Positions 1 to 11,401 of a DNA stretch of 64,000 nucleotides are shown piece after piece. Numbering within the stretch: position 1 is the stretch's first letter; the number at the start of each line of letters is the position of its first letter. The notes below the pieces were generated by a model. The model did not search any database and had not been told where the DNA came from. It was given only the letters and a program-made list of their open reading frames with translations. Both the position numbers and the translations under genes were made by a program. This DNA is from the human T2T-CHM13v2.0 reference genome, Homo sapiens. The stretch is taken from assembly GCF_009914755.1 (NCBI RefSeq), contig NC_060935.1. One strand, given 5' to 3'.

Positions 1-183
1 ATTTGAAAAAAAATTCCTCTGGCAAATACTTAAATTGAATTTCTTAAGAATTTTTTATTCAAAATGTTTCTTAATGCTGTGAATGAAAAGCTTGGCTCTA
101 TGTGTGTGTGCGTGTGAGTCTGTGCATGCATATATATGTGTGCTTGCATATGTATACTGAAGGGCATATGTGATATATGTACT

Positions 184-632
184 GAATTAGCCAACATTTT
201 CCAGAGAAACAGAACCTATATATAGACAGATGATAGATGATAGATAGATAAATAGATGACAGATAGATATAGCTATAGATGTGGATATAGATATAGATAG
301 ATATATAATCTGAAGACAGAGGAAAGCCAGTGGCGTGATTCAGTCAGTCTGAACATATGAGAACCAGGAGCAGCAATGTGCAAGGGTGGGCAAAAGAAGA
401 TGGATTTCTCAAGCACAAACAGGAAGCAAACTTGCCCTTTCTCCACCTTTTGTTCTATTCAGGCCCTCAAGGAATTGGAAGATGCATACTTCGAGTGACT
501 TTCTTCACTCAATCCACTCAAGTGCTGATCTCATCCAGTAACATCCTCATTGACACACCCCAAAATAATGTTTTACCAGCTATCTGGGCATCCATTAGCC
601 CAGTCAGGATGACACATACAATTAACCATGGC
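184..632 (-). mobile_element. MLT2-family (ERVL) solo LTR, MLT2B/C/D-like
   Basis: Reverse complement of the MLT2 5' end (aataatgttttaccagctatctgggcatccattagcccagtc...gacacatacaattaacca) and of the 3' end (tccagagaaacagaacc); a GATA-rich expansion sits at the usual internal position. Confidence 0.8.
221..305. repeat. Imperfect (GATA)n/(TAGA)n microsatellite inside the MLT2 LTR
   Basis: gatagatgatagatagata...gatatagatagata seen directly. Confidence 0.9.
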
Positions 633-1289
633 ATGCATCCGTGCACATATGTTGGTGTAGATGAGTGGTTAGGAAACAAAAGTGTTGAAAAATTTATATT
701 GTGGATATTCTCTTACATTTAGCACTATTTTATCTAAAATGTTTGGATAATCAATTGACTAAAAAAGATAAAACTGGGAAAAAATAAATGAGCATATAAG
801 AGAAAACAATAATGAATCAATTATATGTGAGTTTTTCAGATGTCTCCCCTCATCTTTCATTTCCTTTTCAAATGAATAAATTAAAAGCTTCCAAAATAGC
901 AGTCGAATAATTTTAGGTGTAAATAAACTTGGAAGATTTCTGCAGTTCCATACAATTGTTTTACTAATACGTTAAAGGATTCACAGTGAAATAATTAAGA
1001 CTAAATAACAAGGATAAAATTTTACCTTAAAGAACATATTTTTGGCCCAAGTACGATGGGCCACAGCTCTTTACAAATTAGAATTTAAGAGTTAAAGTGC
1101 TAAATTTTGTTGGTGCAATTTATTAGGTACTAATGGAAATATCATGCTTATGTAAAAATAATGAATTAAGATTGTTATTTACAGGTACTTAAAAGTATAT
1201 CTGTTTGATGATGTATTCTTAGACATATATAAATATTTATACAAATGCATGTATAACAAAAATTGTGATAAGTACAAGGATAAAAATAT

Positions 1290-1452
1290 TGCTTAATTTG
1301 CACTGGGGATTTGGGGAGATTCCTCTGAGTGATAATATTTAAATTTTGATGAGAATCAAATGTAGGAATTAGCTAGGTGAACAGTAAGACAGAGTGTCTC
1401 AGGGAGAAACAATATTATGTACTCAGGCCTCAAAGCAGAAGGCAATATGTTG
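1290..1452 (-). mobile_element. L2 LINE fragment
   Basis: Degenerate L2-like purine-rich segment (ttcctctgagtgataatattt...gtaggaattagctaggtgaa...cagggagaaacaatattatg...ggcctcaaagcagaa). Confidence 0.5.
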
Positions 1453-1479
1453 CTCTTGCCTTTTCCAGAATGTTGTAGA

Positions 1480-1935
1480 GTTGGAACAGTATGTAGGGTT
1501 TTTAAATTGTCCTCTTTTACTTAGTAATATGCATTTAAGTTTCTACCCTGTCTTTTCTTGTCATAACAGCGCATTTTTTTAGCACTGAATAATATTTTGT
1601 TGTCTGGATGTAGCACATTTTATTTATTCCTTCACCTATGGAAGGACATCTTGGTTGCAAGTTTTAGCAATTATGAAAAAGGAGCTATTAGTATCTGTGT
1701 ATGGGTTTTATATGGACATATGAACTCAACTCCTTTGAGTAAATATCAAGGAACATGAATACTGGATAATATGGTTAGAGTATGTTTTGTTCTATATGAA
1801 ACTGCCAAACTGTCTTTTTTTTTTTTTAGTTTTGCATTCCAACCAGCAATGACTGGGAGTTTCTGTTGCTCCACATGCTCGTCAGCAATTGTTATTGTCA
1901 GTATTCTGGAGTTTAGCCATTCCAGTGTCTCATCG
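1480..1935 (-). mobile_element. Old L1M (L1MB/MC-like) 3' fragment
   Basis: Antisense L1 3' motifs: ttcacctatggaaggacatcttggttgc, tttgagtaaatatcaagga, aactgccaaactgtc, tttagccattc. Confidence 0.75.
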
Positions 1936-2436
1936 TTTTACCTCTACTTTTTGTATACAGCTTTAATGCTCTCCCTAAGAAACACAATATAATACCTAAT
2001 CTTTTCACAGTCTTCTAAATATTAATATTGTATCACTTGTCATAAAATGTAGAAAACTTCCATTTAAATCTTTCCTTATCATCTTTCATTTTATCACTGT
2101 CAGATGAATTGTATTTGCATACATCTAAACTCTACATGCCTGTGTTATAATTTTTGTTTTAAATAGTGATTTAAGTTTTTGCTTTTGCAATCATAACTAT
2201 TTAATCTTGAATCTTTTCCACTTCTACTTAATATTTTCAATGTTTTTCTTGATATATTTCTCTGAAAAACTTTTCCCAGATATCTAATATTTCTGATATT
2301 TTTATGTTACCAACTCAAGTGTTGATTCATGTCCACAATCTTCCATTTTTGTGTACTTTTTAGAATCCTCATTTCCTTCCTTCCTTCCTTTCCTCCTCCT
2401 CCTGCCTCCTCCTCTCTCTCTCTCTGTCTTTCTTTC

Positions 2437-2556
2437 CAGAGTCTCTTGCTCTGTCACCCAGGCTGGAATACAGTGGCGCGATCTCTGCTCACTGCAGCCT
2501 CCACCTCCTGGCTTCCCAAAGTGTAACATTACAGGCGTGAGCCATCGAGCCCAGCC
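2437..2556 (-). mobile_element. Internally deleted Alu (left-arm 5' end joined to right-arm 3' end)
   Basis: gagtctcttgctctgtcacccaggctgg...gcagcctccacctcc joined directly to tggcttcccaaagtg...gtgagccatcgagcccagcc; pyrimidine-rich decayed tail at about 2372-2436. Confidence 0.85.
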
Positions 2557-2679
2557 TTTCCTTTCCTTTCTTCCCTAGAGGTTTTAGTTGTAATCAGCAA
2601 AGGAGAATGGCTTTATTTTATTTACACTACCATTCCCGAACTCAATTTTTACCTCACAAAGTTTTGATATATTTTCAGT

Positions 2680-3186
2680 TTTATTTTGGTTCAACTATTT
2701 TCCCCAAGATTTCTTCTTTGACATGTGAGTTATTTAGGAATGTGTAACCTAATTAGCAAATTTGGGATCATATGAGAGTTTTATTTTGTTGGTATTTTCT
2801 AGTTTAATTCTATTGTACTCAGAGATACTACTCTGTGAAATTTGAATTATTTTACATTTTCAAGACATTTCATAAGCAGATTTATAGTCACTTTTGGTAA
2901 TAGTTGTCCGTTCACTTGGAAAAATATATAATCTTGACTTGTTTAGTGGGACATTATATCATTTTATAGAAACACAGATACATATACTAAAAAGTCAATT
3001 AGTTCAAATTTGTTAATTTGTTTTCTAAATCTACTTCATTCTTAATGAATTACTTTCTCTTGTTCTATCATCTACTCAAAGAGGTAAGTTAAAAATATAC
3101 AACCATGAATGTAGATGATTTCTCTTTCAAATGCTCAATCTGTTGAATTTAGCTATATATAACTGGATTTGTATGGCTAGGGTTAC
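2680..3186 (-). mobile_element. Ancient L1M (L1ME-like) ORF2 fragment; continues after the ERV at about 7336-7900
   Basis: T-rich antisense ORF2 motifs (tttctagtttaattctattgtactcagaga; ctatcatctactcaaagagg...ttaaaa). Confidence 0.6.
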
Positions 3187-3190
3187 CTTG

Positions 3191-3974
3191 TGAAATAGGA
3201 AAAGTTCCCTTTTTCCCCTAGCAGAGTGTGTGATGGGGGTGTGACTTGCTTCTTCAGTGCCCTGCTGCTCAAACCTCTAGGGGAGCATACAGATGGGCAG
3301 GCTATAGGGCTCTGACCCCAAGGCAGCGTCTAGGGGTATGTTTACAGCTGAAACCGCAGCGGGCATGTGTCTTGTGTTAATCAGTTCAGTTAGACCCCTG
3401 CCTAAAGGACAGTGGGCTTTCTGTATCCCTGGGTTCTTGCCTTGGTGTACCAAAAGAATTGGATCACATACGGGCTTGGAAAATGAGTGCAAGGTTTTAT
3501 TGAATGGAAGTAGCTCTCAGCAGACGGGGGAGCAAGAAGGAAGATGGTTTTCCCCTGGAGTTGGGCTGCTTGGTGGCCTGGGCTCTCCTGCGACTGCCCT
3601 GGCCAAACTCTGCATCTTTCTGCCGGTCGGTGGCCTGCCGGCATGCTGGTGCCTATTGGTGCGTTCCTCTCAAAGTCCAGCTTCCGGTGCGTTCCTCCGC
3701 TGGTGTGGTCCTCTTGGCGTCCAGATGCCTGTGTGTCTGCTTGCTAAGGTCTTGGGGTTTTTATAGGCACAGGATGGGGGTGTGGCAGGCCAGGGTGGTC
3801 TTGGGAAATGCAACATTTGGGTGGAAAACAAAAATTCCTGTCCTCACCTAGGTCCATGGGTACAGGCCCGGGAGTGGAGCCCTAGCCAGGGACCATGCCC
3901 TTTACCCCTTCCGCATCATTTAAAGGGACCATGCCCTTCCCTTCCCAGCAATTCCCTTCCTCCCTTCCATATCA
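3191..3974 (-). mobile_element. 3' LTR (LTR1 family)
   Basis: Minus strand begins TGATATGGAAGGGA and ends CCTATTTCA; TATA-like CTATAAAA (plus ttttatag near 3759-3766); AATAAA (plus tttatt near 3496-3501); homologous to 6494-7331. Confidence 0.9.
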
Positions 3975-3986
3975 TTTTCCCCCTCT
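3975..3986 (-). other. Polypurine tract of the LTR1 provirus
   Basis: Minus strand AGAGGGGGAAAA immediately before the 3' LTR TG. Confidence 0.85.
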
Positions 3987-4439
3987 GAAGAAGTACGTGT
4001 AACTGCCTTTAAAATATGGATGATGACTGGTCTTAGCCGCTTCCTGCTGATGGCGTATTGTTTTGGGGAAAACAGTAGTCAGATTCCTCCCAGAGGTCTG
4101 TCTAAGGATTCCTTGCAAAGAGCAGCCAATGGCTTCTAGGCATGAGAGGAAAAAAAAAAAAAAGAAACAAGTTTTATAAGGTTAAGTATGCATGGGTTAA
4201 ACATGTGTATTATACAAGGCAAGAATGTAGTGCCAAAGATTACAGAGAAAAACATGAAATATACTAACAACAACATTCTACCCCAAGCTGTTTCACCCTG
4301 GTGAAAGAAATTAAACCTTGTATGGGAGTGGATAAACTTTAGAAGAGAGATAACTCTTCTTGCCATAGTTTAGCAGTTAACAGGTGTACCTTGGGAACTC
4401 TGGGGTTTGTGGGCTTGCACAGTGACCATTAAAACTTCT

Positions 4440-5420
4440 GCCTCTTTCCTGTATCTCCTCTTTCTTTCCTGGGCCTCCCCGTCTCTATTATAAAAGACCA
4501 AGGTGGCCATTTTCAGGAGGGTCCTCTAATGTACTATCTGGTCCCGGGGCCCATTTCTGCAACTTCCTCCTGATATCAGGAGCTTCCTGAGTAATAAACT
4601 TTAGGATTAGCTATTCCTTGACTACATCAGGAGATAGAGAGGTGTGCTTTACCAAGGCCTCTCTTAGTCTTTTTAGAAAGGCAGTGGGATTTTCATCAAA
4701 TACCTGGTCAAGCATCGACAGTTTAGTATAATTGAGAGACTTGGTCTTAGTCCTACATAAGCCCTCCATTATGCACACCTGAAAGTGTCTCCTCTTCCAG
4801 GCTTCCATCTCATCACTGGGATCCCATTTAGGGTCATTGCCTGGTACTGCTTCTCTTCCAGTTGGATACTATTCACCCCCTTTCCTCATGCTATATGTGA
4901 TACAAAGCTCATCCCCAAATCTCTCTGCTGCTTGCAGAGTGACCTGCTTCTCAGTGCCTGTTAGGATCTGATTCAAAGGTAACATAATGTCTCTCCAGGA
5001 GAGTTCAAATATTTGGGTGAAATTCTGGAAAACCTCTATATATCTATCAGGGTCATCTGAAAACTTGCCAAGATCCCCCTAAATTTGCTTTAAATCCTGT
5101 AGGGAGAAGGGGTCCTGAATCTTACTGGGCCCAAATTCAATAGGCATCTGATGGAGGGGCAAGAGTGAGACTGGGGCTTGTTCCGAGTGAGGATTTCTAG
5201 GAGGGGGCAAGTGAGAGTCTGAAGCTGTGTAGGGAGGTTGTGGTAGACCTGGAGGAGCAGGGCTTCAGGGAGCTGGCTCCCCCACTGGGAGTGCTTCTGG
5301 GATTCCTATTTTTAATTCCCTGGGCTTGCCCCTTGCATCCTTCCCTGAGATGGCAAATAGGAGGGCTGGATCAATCCTACATTGCTAGCAAAGATCTGGG
5401 TTGCCGAGCCCCGGCAACCT
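4440..5420 (-). pseudogene. gag: Decayed class I ERV gag (capsid) remnant
   Basis: Minus-strand translation PFSLQDLKQI*GDLGKFSDDPDRYIEVFQNFTQIFELSWRDIML (about 4980-5110) and ORF 4611-4808 with major-homology-region-like QVFDENPTAFLKRLREALVKHT; resembles HERV-W/ERV9-group Gag; in-frame stops. Confidence 0.85.
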
Positions 5421-6473
5421 TGGCAGGTGCCGGCTATAGGTACCTATATGCAGTATGTACCCGTGAAGCAGGGAAAACCTGGAGAATAGGAATTAACTGC
5501 CCTCACCTATGCCTCCCTTTCTCCTTGCTGTCAGCAAATTTTGAGTTCCCTGGGCCTGTTTATACCATGGAGCATGGCCTTTTTCCATTGGGTGAGGTTC
5601 AGTCGGCAGGAATTGGTGCTTCCCGTTTACATTGTGCCTGTTGCCTGGCTTTGGATCCCTCGGAACTGGTCTGTTTTTTTCTAGGGCCTCAGCCTGAAGG
5701 TTGGAATCGAGTTTGAGACTGAAAAGGTATTACAGAGGCTTTTTGTATCCATTTAGTGTCTCAGATAAGCCCTGCCGAATTTGCAGTTAGCAGCCAGCAG
5801 GAGTCTCTCCTTCCTTAACTTCCCTATCAAAAACAGAGCTGAGAGGGGGCGCACTCTCATTTAGAAAAGAAAAAAAGAGAAAAACAGTTTATGGGGCCAA
5901 AGGGGGGGAGATTCTGTGGGAAGAACCCCTTGCTTAGTGCAAGTGGGCCCCTCTAATCCTTATAACTTTCCCATCCTTCCCATGGTTCAGACCAGGTTGA
6001 ATTCTTTGACCAGGAGAGGAAAGGTTCTGTTGGTGTGACCAGCAAGAAGCAAGCTGTAGGGTCCCGGCTGCCACAGGTTTTCTCCTGTCCCTCTCGTGGC
6101 TGTTGGGCTCAGCCTTTTGCCTGCGGTGGGCACACCTAGGCACCTCATCTCGGAGGGGAAAGGATAAGGAGAGGTGCCCTGAGCTGTGTGTGCCTGTGGC
6201 TGTCGAGGCGGAGGCATACATGCCACCTCCAGGAACAGTTGGTCTGATTTGCAACTTTGGCAGCTGAGCCGAATGCTTATTTTACTTAGTAACATTGCCG
6301 CAGCCTGTAGCAAAACTCTTAACATTATAAAGGAAAAGATAAGAGCCATTTCAAACCAAGAGAGAGAGAAAAAAGGTGAAAGGAAAACAGAGCCTCTTGC
6401 TTGCTGGAAAGAAAGCAAGGTGGCAGGGTTTTGGAAGAAAGGCAGACCCAGCAGTTTTGCATTGGCTCCCAAT

Positions 6474-6491
6474 ATCCCAAGTGAGCCCCCA
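6474..6491 (-). other. Primer binding site, tRNA-Pro type
   Basis: Minus strand TGGGGGCTCACTTGGGAT vs canonical PBS-Pro TGGGGGCTCGTCCGGGAT (14/18), 2 nt after the 5' LTR end. Confidence 0.85.
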
Positions 6492-6493
6492 GT

Positions 6494-7331
6494 TGAATGG
6501 GAGAAGCTCCTGTGTCCCCATAGCAGGGCGTGCAATGAGGGTGTGACTCACTTCTTCAGTACCCCACTGCTCAAACCTCTAGGGGAGCATTCAGACCAGT
6601 AGGTCGTGGGGCTCCAACCCGACGGCAGTGACTAGGGGTGAATGTTTACAGCTGAAGCCCCAGTGGGCATGTGTTACAGGGTGCTGTTTTAGTTGAGCCG
6701 TCCACAGGTGGCTTGTGTTAGTCAGCTCAATTAGACCTCTGTCTCATTGCAAGGACAGAGGGCTTTCTGTAACCTGGGATTCTTGCCTTCGTATACCAAA
6801 AGAATCAGATCACACATGGGCTTGGAGAATGAGTGCAAGGTTACATACTGAGTGGAAGTAGCTCTCAGCAGATGGCGGAGCCAGAAGGGAGATGGTTTTT
6901 TCCCGGAGTTGGGCTGCTCAGCGGCCTAGGCTCTCCTCTGACTGTCTCAGCCAAACTTCATGTTGTTCTGCTGGTTGATGGCCTACCAGCATACCAGTGC
7001 CTGCTGATGTGCTCCTATCCGACATCCAGCTGCCCGTGTGTGCCTCTGCTGATGTGCTCCTCCCGAAGTCCAGCCGCCTCCCGAAGGCGCAGACGCCTGT
7101 TAAGGTCTAGGGGCTTTTATAGGCACAGGATAGGGGCATGGCAGGCGAGGGTGGTCTTGGGAAATGCAACCTTTGGCCAGAAAAACAAAAATGCCTGTAC
7201 TCACCTAGGTTCGTGGGCACAGGCCCGGGGGTGGAGCCCTAGCCAGGGATCATGCCCTACCCAACTTCTGTATCATTTAAAGGTACCATGCCCTTTCCTT
7301 CCCAGCGCTTCCCTTCCCCACTTTTGTATCA
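6494..7331 (-). mobile_element. 5' LTR (LTR1 family)
   Basis: Minus strand begins TGATACAAAAG and ends CCCATTCA; TATA-like CTATAAAA at 7115-7122; followed by the PBS. Confidence 0.9.
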
Positions 7332-8798
7332 CTTGTACTTCTATAGAATTTTGGCACAAGATTCTGATAGAGATACTTTTTGTTTATCACATGCTGTTAT
7401 TAAGATTCTTTTTTTCTCTGTTCTATACTTCTTGTCTGTATATATATGGTGGCTGGTATTAATATAGCTATGTTAGTTTTTTGTTGTTTGCTATTTGTAT
7501 GGGATATATTTTTCTATCTTTTAAACATTTAGTATTCTTATATTTAAAAGTTGCCTCCTGTGTATAGCAGAAAATTTTTGCTTAATTTATTTAACTATTC
7601 TGATAATCTTTGGATATTACTTGGAAATCTTCTTCTGTATAAATTTAATGAATTCACTAACATTAATTCAGTTTAAGTCACAATCTTGTTTTTTGCTTTC
7701 CATTTTTGTTCATTGGTTTGTAATTTTTATCCCTCCTTCTTGTCTTCTTTCAGTTTATCATAATTTTAATTATTTTCTTATATCTCCTAAATTTGTTTTG
7801 TAAAATTTTATTCTTATATTCTTAGCATTTACCTAAAAAGTATAATATGCATTGCAATTTATTAAATTTTATGTTAAATCATGTTTTCAACATTTTCTGA
7901 AAAAAAAAGTAAATGACAATTTATCACATTTAATGAATCCCTCACCTGCACTGAGCTATGCTGTTTTCAAATACTCAGATTGAATATTGGATATTTTATG
8001 TTTTCATCAATGGGACCTGGGTCTTAATGAAGTTGTTTAAAGAGTGTTGGACTTGTTCTGGCTCACACTTAAGTTAATTGCAATTAGTTTGCTAAAATTG
8101 AGACTTGCTTAATTAGGGTAGATCCAGAGCAGCATTTATTATATATTTAATTTAGCTCCATACTATGGTGTGACCTTTCTGAGGAATCCACTCATTGCCT
8201 ATGTATGATGAAGTCCCTTCAGTCTGGCTAGATGTGAATATAAAATACTTCCAGCTATGCATCAGCGACTAGAATTATTTAGTCTGTTGCTTTCTGGTGG
8301 TTTTCTCCCAGTAAGATGTAGTTTTTTCTCACACATGAGCAGATCAGTACATAAACAAAGCCTTTAAGGAAATATCGCTCCCTCACCCTCCATGAAGATC
8401 TTTAGAGCTCTCTCTGTGCAGTTCTGTCTTCTGCAGTACTGTCATGAAAATTGTAGCTTCTTGGGCTCCTTAGGAAACAGTAGGTTCCTAAGGAGACTCA
8501 GTGAGACTTTTAGACTCTGTGGCTTTCCCTTCTTGCTCTGTGGCTTGCAAATGGCGTCCAGACAATGCACTTGGATAATCATAGTTTTTACTGTTTGCTT
8601 ACTTTCCCTCTGTGACCACATCCCTATGTTGCGTATTGTGATGTCCAATATATTAAAACAGTAGATTGTAGTTTTCTAGTTGTTTATAATGGGAGAGCAA
8701 TTCCTGGACAATCATGGTTAAGGCAGAAGTTCCTCAATTTTGTTTTGAAAAGAGATAGAATAATAAGACATGAACAAAGACATTTCTATGAAACTAAG

Positions 8799-9467
<669 letters not shown>

Positions 9468-10209
9468 TGGACACAAGTGATGTAAACCACTCACAGCTCT
9501 GGCTTCTCAAATCTTTGGGGTTATACTCTGCACTCTCTATAGATTCTTATTGGCCAGTTAGATGCAGAGAATCTGGTGAAAATCTAAAGACTAATAATGC
9601 AGCCACTACGTGGAAAACCCCTGCTTCTGTGATTGCTACAGAACCTTATTTTTGCCTCCCAATCTTATGTGTCCTTTGGCATATTCACATAATGAATTAT
9701 GGGATGAGTGACAAATAAATATGCATTTTGTTAAATGGCTGACATTGTGGGTTGTGTGGGTACATGTTATCCCCTTTGATGCATGTGGTGCTGGCATCAG
9801 CCTTAATATTCATGTTGGTTCACTTAACGGAATTCATTGAACCATTGTTATTAGACATAACATGTAGTAGGTGATTCTGTGATAAATTAGGTATTTTTAA
9901 TTCTTTCAAAGAACTTACACTTAGAAAGATAGACATGTTTAAATGAAATGTGGAATGATAAGTATGATAATGAATATCTTTGCAAGCTCTGGTAAAAAGC
10001 TGGTTAAAAAAAATGAAAGAAAAACAGAATTACCTGCTTTCCAAGGATGATAAGAAAGACTTAAATGAGGGGAACAGAAGTAAGCTGGATGTGAGGAATT
10101 AGGAACTATTAAGGAAGGACAGTACAGAAGAGAAAACATTTCAGTGCAGGACAAAAATTTGTGCAGAAATGGATTAAATGGTGGGGGTACTGTAAGTCTT
10201 TAGCACAAC

Positions 10210-10985
10210 TTAATTAAAACTGCTGAAAACGAAAGATAAAAGAGAAATTTTGAAGGCATTCAGAGAAATACGATACATTACATTCAGGGAAAAAAACTAC
10301 TTGAACAACCTAACTTTTGAACAGAAAACATTGAGGCCAGAAGAAAGTGGAGAAAATTTTAAAGTGCTGAAAGAAAAAAAAAAGTCAATCAAAGACTTGT
10401 GTAACTAGTGAAAATATTATCTAGGAATGATGATGAAGAAAAGAAATTTTCAGGTGAAGGAAATCTAAAATAATTTATCACTTACAGATGAATTTAAAGA
10501 AAATGCTAAAATATTTTTAGGCTAAAGGAAAATTAAAAGATAAAGATCTTCATGAATGACATGAATTTTTGAAAATGTAAAACAAATGATAACTGAATAA
10601 ATATAAAACTTTACCTTTTGCTTTAAGTTTTTAAAAATACAAATGTGACTGTTGAACATTTTATAATTATATCTATTAAAGTTGTTAAAATCTAAATAGC
10701 TGATGAGTACTTGAAATATATCTTATTTCCAGTGAGACTGAGGGATTACTTTTTAATTTTGTTTAACTGTATTACCTTAAATTTAAATAGCCACATTTAG
10801 TTAATAAGCTAATATACTGGACATTCTAAATCTATGCACTCCAATAAAACAGAGATTGATGAATGGTTACAAAGAAAGATTCTACTATGCCTCCTTCAAG
10901 AGATACCATTAAATAGAGAGACACAAGGTAAAAGTAAAAGTCTTTGCCACGCTAGCAGTAAATACAAAAAGGCTAGAGTGAGATG
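10210..10985 (+). mobile_element. Old sense L1M: ORF1 C-terminal region and start of ORF2 endonuclease; resumes at about 18290
   Basis: ORF1-like gaggccagaagaaagtgg...aaagtgctgaaagaaaa; EN-like ctatgcctccttcaagagatacc...aaaggctagagtg. Confidence 0.7.
10692..10826. mobile_element. MER3-like hAT-Charlie MITE fragment
   Basis: gagactgagg...tttttaattttg...aaatttaaatagccaca...gctaatatactggaca. Confidence 0.65.
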
Positions 10986-11133
10986 TATTCAACATTTTAA
11001 TACCAGAATAATTTCAGATAAACATAAATTTACAAAAATAGTAGTGAGTTCTTATATACCCCATACCATTTCTATTATTAACTTATTAACGTCTTCTATC
11101 GGTATCACATATTTGTTATAATTAATTAATTAA

Positions 11134-11401
<268 letters not shown>

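Larger units (their letters stand above)
3191..7331 (-). mobile_element. Two-LTR non-autonomous ERV1 provirus, LTR1/HUERS-P2-like, about 4.1 kb
   Basis: Two homologous LTRs with TG...CA ends; 4-bp TSD cttg at 3187-3190 and 7332-7335; tRNA-Pro PBS; PPT; gag relic; no pol or env recognised. Confidence 0.92.

Noticed and set aside
357-722. 121-aa ORF
   Set aside because: Lies mostly within an antisense MLT2 LTR; no coding signature
3338-3988. Overlapping ORFs of 67-142 aa, and similar ORFs at 5987-6602 and 6833-7462 (up to 209 aa)
   Set aside because: They lie in or antisense to GC-richer LTR1 and leader sequence, resemble no protein family I recognise, and frames are not preserved between the two LTR copies
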